From the NCBI GenBank assembly GCA_043747615.1, contig JAYTOU010000077.1, positions 32,001-96,000 of the forward strand: 64,000 nucleotides of DNA, given 5' to 3'. A model generated the notes under the pieces. It was not told the origin of the DNA. It did no database searches and worked only from the letters and a program-made list of their open reading frames with translations. This stretch comes from Myxococcales bacterium. GTDB lineage: Bacteria > Myxococcota_A > Polyangia > Polyangiales > Polyangiaceae. Below, piece by piece: positions 52,701-62,052 of the stretch; position 1 is the stretch's first letter; the number at the start of each line of letters is the position of its first letter. A program made the position numbers and the translations under genes.

Positions 52701-53455
52701 TGCTCGACCTTCCCGAACGCGAGGTGAGCTCGTTTGCCGTCCAGACCGGACCGCGGGACGAAGACGGCCAAGAGACGAGTGGTATCCCAGCCCTCGACGC
52801 CCGCTCCGAAGGGACGCTCGCGCATCGCATTCTCGAGCGCGTCCCTCCGCAGTATTTCGGCGATGCGAAGGTGGGAGAAGAGCTCGGCCGCTTGCTCGAG
52901 CTCGAAGGAATTCCGAGAGGACACGAGACGCACGTGCGCATCGTGACCAAGGTGACGCGCTTTCTTCGCGGTGCCTACGCGACGCGAATCGCTGCAGACG
53001 GAGCATCGATCGTGCGCGAGGAGCCCTTCGTCCTCCAGTTGGAAGATGCAGCGGGGAGGGCGCTCGCCGTGCGCGGAACGATCGACCTCCTGGTAACGTG
53101 GCCGGACGGGTCGGTCGACGTGATCGACTACAAACGCGCGCGCGGACCCTCCGCCGAACCCTACGGATTTCAGCTCGACGTGTACGCGCTTGCGGCTCGC
53201 GAGAAGCGCGGTGCAAAGATTCGCGCGGGCATCGTCTTCCTGGGAGGCGACGCGTCCGAGCCCCACTGGCGGTCCCTGGGCGCGGCAGGGGAAACACGCG
53301 AACGCCTGGCTGCCCTCGGACAGAAGCTCGTGGACGCTCGCTGGACGGAGAGCTTTCCCCGCGTGCCGCTCCCGAAATGCAAGAGCATCCACTGCGGCTA
53401 CGTGGCGCTCTGCTACTCACGCGTCCGTCCCTCCCAGCTCGGCTTGTTTGGATGA
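49796..53455 (+). CDS. AddA-like UvrD/SF1 helicase + PD-(D/E)xK nuclease
   Basis: AAGGAG then TTG. ASAGTGKT, LVDEFQDT, VGDRKQSIYGFRGAD, TVHASKGLDF, YVAVTRA, GTIDL, IDYK. Confidence 0.92.
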   Translation: MARLFAFRRNLVLAASAGTGKTHSLVGVIVHLVLGASEMGRANGELRAPIDPARIVATTFSRKAAAEIRTRLAVELEKLATHDASAKYRADLVGAFENSGESWSTAELANRARHALEGLGRSQIGTLHSFAATIAKSHALELGISPGFELVDEEEARVQTEEATLRVLSLRAERDPESLRDLVRVTGGVEKLMQEVTQALAQLDEDGRAPEDLTIDPSDAADIDAKFLELVSHAKALVRDEKCGALASAVVRAWENDDVRGLEGAVADLMSLAKRGHSDRAQEFFAFRDALPKAKNAERGIQLVRMWRARPLFAKTAHAARELLVECDREIRRTRNRASSLGFADVLRAARDVLRDNPHIAAEMGSEIDALLVDEFQDTSRLQRELVQLLWEREPRSRRPGTIPSISSLRETGLFVVGDRKQSIYGFRGADVSVFADFCVGLAGEKARVALGMDGAGGNEEMFGAALADFVPLRENRRGADELLAFANEFSRICLVSSGALPFEVNYVPRTEDLLPPPERIRNPNPRPRTFWLRVPMAPSGRSTRLSEAFAIAHRIRKVMATGTPTVRGNAPSFRDLAVLSHTNDMLDATAYALAQAGVPYVVAGKGFYSAREVKDVMAMLALIVRRGDRLALLEVLRGPWGGLSDQGLIALTDPHAGLIDVSDEDAWEHGARRALLPPIDRARVREVFEVVRRLRRNVDRIAPGTLLREAVRALRMEEAWIQLPRGVQRVANVRKLLALADKASHGALDLLERWTLASNRATNATEAATFSDEDDAVRLVTVHASKGLDFPIVFLPEVGAEGRRPSNPAILLEMGTGDLPNMITLRVADAQGFTHETPSHRRARELLRAKERAERSRLSYVAVTRASEAMFFVGDRKKPKEESEPFKASMAGLLTQLIESDELRARAQLDLEIADIAPTFVSVAAKAAPLPTDLEPKPLRPAWRSLPIATTTLQDFHHCARRFQLIHLLDLPEREVSSFAVQTGPRDEDGQETSGIPALDARSEGTLAHRILERVPPQYFGDAKVGEELGRLLELEGIPRGHETHVRIVTKVTRFLRGAYATRIAADGASIVREEPFVLQLEDAAGRALAVRGTIDLLVTWPDGSVDVIDYKRARGPSAEPYGFQLDVYALAAREKRGAKIRAGIVFLGGDASEPHWRSLGAAGETRERLAALGQKLVDARWTESFPRVPLPKCKSIHCGYVALCYSRVRPSQLGLFG

Positions 53456-54240
53456 GGCCGCTTCCTCTTGGGGAGGGCCTCGAGGAAGCCGCCATCGAGC
53501 ATCGAGGTATAGCTCGGCCTGCCGATGACCAGGTGATCGAGAAGCGGAGTGCCGACTATGTCCCCCGCTTCGGCGATTCGCTCCGTGAAGACGATGTCCT
53601 CCGGGCTCGGAGAAGGGTCCCCGCTTGGATGGTTGTGAACGAGGACGAACGCGCTCGCCCCTTCGCGCAGCATGACCCGAAGGGGATCACGCGCGGCTAC
53701 GTGGATGCCGTGGAGGCCGCCGGAGGCGATTTTTCGGGCCGATTTTAGGTGATGACGCGCGTCCACAGCGAGTGCCCATAGCTCTTCGTGCTCGAGCGCT
53801 GCGAGCCTTGGCCTGGCCCAGCGGTCGACCGCACGGCTGTCGAAAAGAGAGACGCCGCTCGGGCGGGCAAGCTCGATTTGCACGCGCCTTCCAAGCTCGA
53901 TCGCCGCGGCGAGCCGTGCGCCCTTCGCCAACCCCACCCCTTCACGCGCGGAGAGCTCCCCAAGCCCCGCGCGCGCGAGCCCCAGCATGCCGCCATACTC
54001 ATGAAGCAATGCTTCGGCGAGGACGAGGACAGGCTCGCGCGCGCTCCCCGTTCCAAGGAGAAGCGCGATGAGCTCTGGACCACCGAGCGTTTCGACGCCG
54101 GCGTCTGCGGCGCGCTCGCGAGGACCGTAGTCCATGCCGTGTTGGGCCACGGTGTTCCGGGCCACGGTGCTCCGGGTCGCGGTGTTTCGGGCCAACGTGT
54201 TTTCGGCGAACGTGTCGTGGACCACCATGATCCGGGACAT
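53413..54240 (-). CDS. radC: RadC/JAB-domain protein (start 54240 or 54135)
   Basis: PRER....G...L...ELIALLLGTG, HhH 'GVGLAK', VHNHPSGDPSPS.ED, LLDHLVIG. Confidence 0.95.
   Translation of the reverse strand: MSRIMVVHDTFAENTLARNTATRSTVARNTVAQHGMDYGPRERAADAGVETLGGPELIALLLGTGSAREPVLVLAEALLHEYGGMLGLARAGLGELSAREGVGLAKGARLAAAIELGRRVQIELARPSGVSLFDSRAVDRWARPRLAALEHEELWALAVDARHHLKSARKIASGGLHGIHVAARDPLRVMLREGASAFVLVHNHPSGDPSPSPEDIVFTERIAEAGDIVGTPLLDHLVIGRPSYTSMLDGGFLEALPKRKRPHPNKPSWEGRTRE
54145..54240. repeat. Degenerate 15-bp tandem repeat, about 6 copies
   Basis: ggccacggtgttccg / ggccacggtgctccg / ggtcgcggtgtttcg / ggccaacgtgttttc / ggcgaacgtgtcgtg / gaccaccatgatccg. Confidence 0.85.
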
Positions 54241-54329
54241 CGCACGCCGCGTGCCGTCACGATCCCACGAGGAATGCGCTGATGTGAGGTGACCAAGTGG
54301 CCACTTCGTCCGTCCGCGTCAGGCGCCGA

Positions 54330-55232
54330 TCAGTAGTTCTGGCAGACGCCGAGTCCGACTTGCTTGAAGAGCGTGGCCGGCGCGCTGACGCACTTGTCGC
54401 TTTTTGCCGAGCAGGGATGCGTCGGGTCGCAGAGCTTGAAGCATTTCCGCGAACCGAACGCCCCGAGGCACGTCAGATCGAGACCACAGTTGGTCTCCTC
54501 GCAGCTCTCGGCCACCTTTGCTGGGCCCTGCGAGATGCAGCTCGTCGTGCCGTCGTCGGTCACGATGCTGCACGTTTCGCCGCTGGGGCAGTCACTCGTC
54601 AGAGGCTTACAGGCGTGAACGAGAGCGCAGACAGGAACTTTCAAGCTATCTACGTCCGTTTCGATGTCGCAAAATGCGTGACTATCGGTGCAGCGACCGT
54701 CGCAGCAGTAGTGGCGGCAGACACCGGGCGAGCCGACGCACTCGTAGCTCGCGGCGCAGTCTGTGGCCCTCAAGCAGCCCTCGCCGTCGACGCTCTTGCC
54801 AGCCAGAAGGCACGCCGGGCCGATAGTCGTTCCGCCGTCGGACGCGCTCGCACGGACGTGGCACGCGAGATCCGTGGAACCCGAATCGCTCTGGCCGCCG
54901 TCGCTCGATCCGCCATCGCTGGGCGGCGGGGAGTGCGTCGAGATGCAGGGATCGACGGTGACGTCGTCCGGAATGCATGCCGGGAAGCGGGTGAGGTTGC
55001 ACAATGGGCTGCCGAGCGAAGGCAGCAAGCCCGCCGCACCGTCGGCTTTGAAATCGCCGCCATCGAACCCGCCGGCATCGCCATCCTGGCCCGGGTAAGA
55101 CCCACCGGTGCCGGGGCTCGCGGAATCTGCGCTCCCGAAGCCCACGTTGCACCCGTTGGTCGCCGCAGCAGCAAGGGCAACGCCCATGAGCCAGGAAAAA
55201 ACGACGCGGGAAGATCGGGACGGAAGAAGCAT
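54330..55232 (-). CDS. Cys-rich myxobacterial lipoprotein
   Basis: Lipobox TNGC, DGG linkers, many Cys including CRHYCC and CFKLC. Confidence 0.8.
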   Translation of the reverse strand: MLLPSRSSRVVFSWLMGVALAAAATNGCNVGFGSADSASPGTGGSYPGQDGDAGGFDGGDFKADGAAGLLPSLGSPLCNLTRFPACIPDDVTVDPCISTHSPPPSDGGSSDGGQSDSGSTDLACHVRASASDGGTTIGPACLLAGKSVDGEGCLRATDCAASYECVGSPGVCRHYCCDGRCTDSHAFCDIETDVDSLKVPVCALVHACKPLTSDCPSGETCSIVTDDGTTSCISQGPAKVAESCEETNCGLDLTCLGAFGSRKCFKLCDPTHPCSAKSDKCVSAPATLFKQVGLGVCQNY

Positions 55233-55367
55233 TACGAGGGGGAAATAATACACGCGGCGTGCCGTGCTCTTAACTCTGGCATTTCCAGGGGGAATCGCCA
55301 GAAACCCGCTACGTCGGGGGCCAGGATCCCTGACGCCGGTGTCACGATTGGCCCAAAGGCCAGCGGG

Positions 55368-57413
55368 CTACGGAGTCTCGATTTCTCGGATAACGGCGTT
55401 GCCAGCGGCGTCGAAGGCCCGGATAGCAACAATGTGCGAGCCCGCAGGAACGAGCGTCGAAATATCTGCGTCGAGACCTTCGTCGGCGCTGTCGAAGACG
55501 CCGTCTGCGGCTCCGACCGGTCGCCAGTCGAGCCTTCCGTCGACCGCAATTTCCACGCGGGTGATCGGGCCGAGACCGTCGATGACCCGCCCCTTTAGGC
55601 GTCTGCCGGTGATGGTGAGGGCAGCGAAGGTGGGGGGGGTGTTGTCGACGAGCACGGGTGACGATTCGAGAACGTGCCGCTGGACGTCGGCCGGCGGATT
55701 GGCCTGCTCGTCGCTCGCTTCGACACGGAGGCGATACTTTCCCTCTGGGAGCGCGAGGGTGTCCCATTCGTATTCGCTCTTCGTGAGAACTTCGCTCTCG
55801 CGCAAGACGTCGCGCCACGCGCCTTGCCCCTCGCGTCGAAATCCGATCCGGTAACGGAGGGCGTCGTTGTCGGGGTTGTCGACCTTCCAGGTGAGCTTGA
55901 GGACGCTGTCGTGCTTCGGAGGCTCGCCACCGCTCGCAACGAGCCCTTCTTTGGAGTCTCGCGGGCTGCCGCTCTTCGGCTGGGCATCCACCGCGAGGAC
56001 GATCGGGCGCGTGTTTTCCGTGACGAAGGGAAGGAGCACTTCGCTGAGCACCGCTTTGGGATCGCGAGCCCAGCGCGCGCGCACTTGCACGAAGCGACCG
56101 ATGGGGCTCGGGATGCCGGCGTTCTCAGCGATCGGCGGGCTCCATCCGCTCCACGTTGCGTCGGGTGTGGTGGTGTTTCCGGTGCGCGTGGACAGCTCGA
56201 GAGGCCCGCTCGCACGCCAGGAGATCTGCCCGAATCGTGCGCGAAGACCAGCGTCGAAGACTTTGCTCGTCCACACGGACTCGGCGCCGCCTTGGGCCAC
56301 GACACGGTGGTACGTGGGAGGATCGCTCGTCGCCACGTAGGGGCCCGCTTTCGAAAATCCTACGGCGCCGACCTGCCGCTCGTCGGTGTCGAGGACCAGC
56401 GTCACGACGTGCGCGTCGTCGACGGTGTAGACGCGCCCTTCAGCGCCAGTGCCCACGTAGGGTCGGCCTTCGGCGTCGACCGCGAGCGCGGTGTAATGAA
56501 ACTCGTCGTTCTTCATCATCCGCTCGGGGCGGCCGGTGGCGTCGAAGCGGTAGAGCGTACCCTTGCCCGGCTTCGGTCGCACGTTGGCCGCGGTGCTCCC
56601 GGCAGTCGCTGGCGAGCGGCCCGACCCGGAGGAGCGCTTGGGAGGCTCGGGGGGCTCGCCATACTCGTTTGCGATCGCAAAGAGGACTCCGCCTTTGCCA
56701 ATGGCGACGGCCTTCACCTCCTCGCCTGGAAAGTCGTAGAGGACCGTCGCTCGGCCCGGACCGGAGATCCTGTAGAGGAGCCCCTTGCCGCTCGACCCCG
56801 CATAGACGTCCCCGTTTTCGGCGACGGCGAGCGACACAATGTGCGGCTCGTTGCTCCGAAAATAGACCGAGCTCGCGCCGGAGAGCTCGACGCGCATAAC
56901 TCTGCCTTCGGGCCCGGTGGCCGCGAAAAGCACTGTTTTTGCCCTGTCGAACGCGAGCGCCCAGATGTAGCTCGTGTCCGGAAGCGCGGTCAGGAGCTCC
57001 GCTTTTCCCTGGGTGAGCTTGAAAATTTTTCCGTCGGGGATCGTGGCCGCGTAGACGACGCCGTTTGCGCCTTCGACCATGGAGGTGACGGCGAGCGCGC
57101 CGGTATCAGCGAAGAGCGTCGCGCGATCACCGGCAACCTTGAAGACCTTGCCGTTCGGGCTGGTGCCGACGAGCGAGCTTCCATCGGCAAGCGCGAGCGC
57201 GGAGAAACACGCGGTAGCGTCGGTGAGAGGAACCGTGCCGGTCGTCCATCCCGCGCGCACGGCGCCGTCGGAGCTGACCGCGACTCCTTTTAGATCACCG
57301 CCCGAAAATTCATCGAGGGTGTCGAGATCGAACGTGCGCGTGCCGACGGCGGAAGCCGGGCCGGCAAAGAGAACGGCTGCGAAAATAGAGGCCGTAAAGA
57401 GTGTAGAACGCAT
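55368..57413 (-). CDS. Secreted beta-propeller (NHL/WD40-like) protein with C-terminal FN3/Ig-like domains
   Basis: Signal peptide ASA-V. Repeated 'YA(A/G)T/S..G.(V/I/L)(Y/F)(K/R)' blades. C-terminal 'WDT...EGKYRLRVEASD', 'VDNTPP', 'RAFDAAGN'. Confidence 0.8.
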   Translation of the reverse strand: MRSTLFTASIFAAVLFAGPASAVGTRTFDLDTLDEFSGGDLKGVAVSSDGAVRAGWTTGTVPLTDATACFSALALADGSSLVGTSPNGKVFKVAGDRATLFADTGALAVTSMVEGANGVVYAATIPDGKIFKLTQGKAELLTALPDTSYIWALAFDRAKTVLFAATGPEGRVMRVELSGASSVYFRSNEPHIVSLAVAENGDVYAGSSGKGLLYRISGPGRATVLYDFPGEEVKAVAIGKGGVLFAIANEYGEPPEPPKRSSGSGRSPATAGSTAANVRPKPGKGTLYRFDATGRPERMMKNDEFHYTALAVDAEGRPYVGTGAEGRVYTVDDAHVVTLVLDTDERQVGAVGFSKAGPYVATSDPPTYHRVVAQGGAESVWTSKVFDAGLRARFGQISWRASGPLELSTRTGNTTTPDATWSGWSPPIAENAGIPSPIGRFVQVRARWARDPKAVLSEVLLPFVTENTRPIVLAVDAQPKSGSPRDSKEGLVASGGEPPKHDSVLKLTWKVDNPDNDALRYRIGFRREGQGAWRDVLRESEVLTKSEYEWDTLALPEGKYRLRVEASDEQANPPADVQRHVLESSPVLVDNTPPTFAALTITGRRLKGRVIDGLGPITRVEIAVDGRLDWRPVGAADGVFDSADEGLDADISTLVPAGSHIVAIRAFDAAGNAVIREIETP

Positions 57414-57418
57414 CTTTC

Positions 57419-59287
57419 TCAACGTACCACCGGCCGAACTTTGATCTTCACCTTGTCTCTACCTTCCACGTAACGGTCGACGGGGATGACGGTGCGCGAG
57501 TAACTCAAGAAGGCTTCGGGGCCGACGCTCGCATGCGCGGGGCGGAGGGCGTCGAGCGCAAAATCGGGCAAGCGAGGCGCTACATGGCCGCGGTATGTCA
57601 CACCCTGCGAGGGGACGCGGAACTGGATCACCATACTGCGCGGTGCGCCGCTCTGGCGCGGCTCGTTGGCGATGAGATCAGTGAGATTTTCCGGCGCGGC
57701 GAGCTCGGGAGAAACTTCGTAGCCGGGGACGATCTCAACTTCGACGTCTTTTCCCGCTACTTCGAGGGGCATGCGCACCTCGACCGTCTTCACGACTTCG
57801 GGACCCGCGAAGGGCCGAAGGTGCAAGATCATGCGCGCCTTCTCGCCCGCGTCGACCACTTCGTCGAGGAGCTCGACGCCCCGCAAGCGCCACAGGTCAC
57901 GCGTGTATTGAACCGAGAGCACCGCGTCGACCTTGTCGATGCGCGTGGGCTCCCATGGATTGTTGAGGACATCCCCGAGCGCGCGGATCACGCGAGCTGA
58001 GGACCACTCTCCCGCCTCTGGAAGGCCTCCGATCGCCACGCCGAAGTCGTCGAACTCCATGGTGCCGTGGCCGCGGATGCTGAGCTTGGAGTGCATCTGC
58101 CAGGTCATGTCGCGATGCTCGCTGATCGTCGCTTCGACCGCCGAGCCGAAGGCCGATGCGGCGAGCGACGGGCTCATGAAGCGCTCGTCGGTGACCTCGA
58201 TGTCCCAATTTTTCTTGGGCGGATTCTCCACGCCGCGCACTTCGATGTGCACCGGAAACGTGGGAGCGACCTTCTTTTCGTCGGCCACGATCGCGCTCTG
58301 GCGATCTTGTATGAGCGCGCCGAGAGGTCGCACCGACTCGCCGACCTTGAAGCTGTGCTGATCGCTCGCGTAGATCCACAGCACGCGACCGATGGTGGTG
58401 GGGAGCGCCGAGTCTCCACCGTTCATCATGGGGTGGCCGAAGGCGCAGAGACGCGTGCCTTCGACGTGGGTGACCGTGCCGAGGCCCATCATCGAGACGT
58501 CACCGCGCGTGAGCTGGACGCCGAGCGCGCCGCCGTCCACGTAATGCTCTGGTGCACCTTCGGTCGGACCTTGGCCGCCGCCTGCTTGCAGCGGCTCGAG
58601 CCCGAGAGGACCAAAGAGCTTTCTCGCAAGCTCCGTCGCGCGATCTCCCATTCCCGACATGAGGAGCGGAGTGGCCACCGGCACGAGGCCGCGCGAGGGA
58701 TCCGTTTTTGCGCCCACGCGCTCCGCCATTTGCGCCGCGTGCGTCATCAGATCGTACGAGCCTGGGACGCCGTCGTAGAGATTCGTGGTGTCGGCTCGCT
58801 TGGGAAGCTGAGCGGGGGCCGCCGCAGGAAGAGGAGCGCTGTTTTCCAGGGGCCAAAATCCGGGCGGAATGGCGCGCCGCATTTCGGAGAGCATCAGCGC
58901 GATCGGCGTGAAGCCCGCGACCGGCTCCGACCCGAAGGACGACAAGCTGTACGAATACGCGCCGGCGAGCCTTCCGCCATCGAGGTAGATCGGGCTGCCG
59001 CTCATCCCCTTCACGTTCTTCGTGACGTCGAGCCGAGCGTTGGGCGTCTTCACGAGCACGAGGTCTTGCCCCGCGCGGAAGTTGTGGAGGATGCCGATGA
59101 CTTCGACGTCGAAGCGCTCCGGCTTCGTGCCTTTGAAGACCGTGAGGCCGTAGCCCTTCATCCCTTCCTTGATTTCGGAGACGGCGATCGTCGGCGACCG
59201 CGCGTCACCGTGCGCGAGCGGAATGCTGGAGGCAAGGCCCAGAACGAGTCCAGCGCCAATGGCCCAAAACGGAAGGAGGTGTCGCAC
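57419..59287 (-). CDS. SpoIVB-type peptidase S55 domain protein
   Basis: GMKGYGLTVF.G, GMSGSP catalytic motif, GTVT, AFGHP. Signal peptide. Start at GTG 59287 or TTG 59326. Confidence 0.88.
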   Translation of the reverse strand: MRHLLPFWAIGAGLVLGLASSIPLAHGDARSPTIAVSEIKEGMKGYGLTVFKGTKPERFDVEVIGILHNFRAGQDLVLVKTPNARLDVTKNVKGMSGSPIYLDGGRLAGAYSYSLSSFGSEPVAGFTPIALMLSEMRRAIPPGFWPLENSAPLPAAAPAQLPKRADTTNLYDGVPGSYDLMTHAAQMAERVGAKTDPSRGLVPVATPLLMSGMGDRATELARKLFGPLGLEPLQAGGGQGPTEGAPEHYVDGGALGVQLTRGDVSMMGLGTVTHVEGTRLCAFGHPMMNGGDSALPTTIGRVLWIYASDQHSFKVGESVRPLGALIQDRQSAIVADEKKVAPTFPVHIEVRGVENPPKKNWDIEVTDERFMSPSLAASAFGSAVEATISEHRDMTWQMHSKLSIRGHGTMEFDDFGVAIGGLPEAGEWSSARVIRALGDVLNNPWEPTRIDKVDAVLSVQYTRDLWRLRGVELLDEVVDAGEKARMILHLRPFAGPEVVKTVEVRMPLEVAGKDVEVEIVPGYEVSPELAAPENLTDLIANEPRQSGAPRSMVIQFRVPSQGVTYRGHVAPRLPDFALDALRPAHASVGPEAFLSYSRTVIPVDRYVEGRDKVKIKVRPVVR

Positions 59288-59367
59288 GGCTCGTGTAGTT
59301 TGAGTCCATCGCGAGCGAACGCGCAACGTTTGGCGCCGAAAATGCTCATTTCTTGCTAAAAGGCAGC

Positions 59368-61437
<2,070 letters not shown>

Positions 61438-61478
61438 ACCGACGTGGACATGGCAACGTCGGAGAGGTCACACCTTAG

Positions 61479-61724
61479 ATGAAGATGTTTCTCACGATCG
61501 TCCTCGGGCTATCTCTCGTCGTGGAGATCGCAGCTCACCTGGGACTCCTCGTGGGGATCGCCAAAGGAGATTCACGCCGCTGGCGCGCCGTCGTTGCGTT
61601 CTTGATCCCGCCGCTCGCTCCCTACTGGGGATGGCAGCTCGGACTGACCCGCCGCACCTACGCATGGCTCGGCGCTCTCGCCGTTTACGCGCTAGCGCTC
61701 ACGTTCATGAACAACATCATCTAG
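61479..61724 (+). CDS. Small membrane protein (3 TM)
   Basis: Hydrophobic 81-aa ORF with 'PPLAPYWGW'. SD GGAGAGG upstream. Confidence 0.65.
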   Translation: MKMFLTIVLGLSLVVEIAAHLGLLVGIAKGDSRRWRAVVAFLIPPLAPYWGWQLGLTRRTYAWLGALAVYALALTFMNNII

Positions 61725-61728
61725 CAAC

Positions 61729-61754
61729 GCCCCTGGCAACGCTTGCCGCGGGGC
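61729..61754. terminator. GC hairpin between convergent genes
   Basis: GCCCC-TGGCAA-CGC-TTGCCG-C-GGGGC. Confidence 0.45.
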
Positions 61755-61767
61755 ACTGGGAGCGGTC

Positions 61768-61941
61768 TTACTTCTTGGCGGCGGGGGTCGGCTTCGCGTC
61801 CGCGGCCTTCGCGTCGTAGCCGACGGGATGGATCGCGAAAACGGGCGTGCCCATCGCGCGGCGCTCGCGCTTGTTGCGCTTGCCGTTGGTGGTGGCCTTG
61901 CGCTTGCGAATGCGTTCGAACTGCTGCGTTGACGAAACCAT
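61768..61941 (-). CDS. Small (57 aa) highly basic protein
   Basis: MVSSTQQFERIRKRKATTNGKRNKRERRAMGTPVFAIHP...; SD AGAGG; high GC3. Confidence 0.75.
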   Translation of the reverse strand: MVSSTQQFERIRKRKATTNGKRNKRERRAMGTPVFAIHPVGYDAKAADAKPTPAAKK

Positions 61942-62052
61942 TGAAAACCTCTTGGAAAACCAGGGAATTGCCCGGTTTACGGGAACGGGGCGCGCACATT
62001 GGCTCGCCACAGGCTCTCTGTCAAGAGCAGGACGAGCTCCGGAGCCGCCGGA

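Noticed and set aside
54145..54240. Possible CRISPR array
   Set aside because: Contiguous 15-bp units without spacers, and no cas genes.
46696..54240. Helicase-nuclease plus JAB protein as an anti-phage system
   Set aside because: The architecture fits housekeeping AddAB and full-length RadC with HhH, the genes are convergent, and composition is native.
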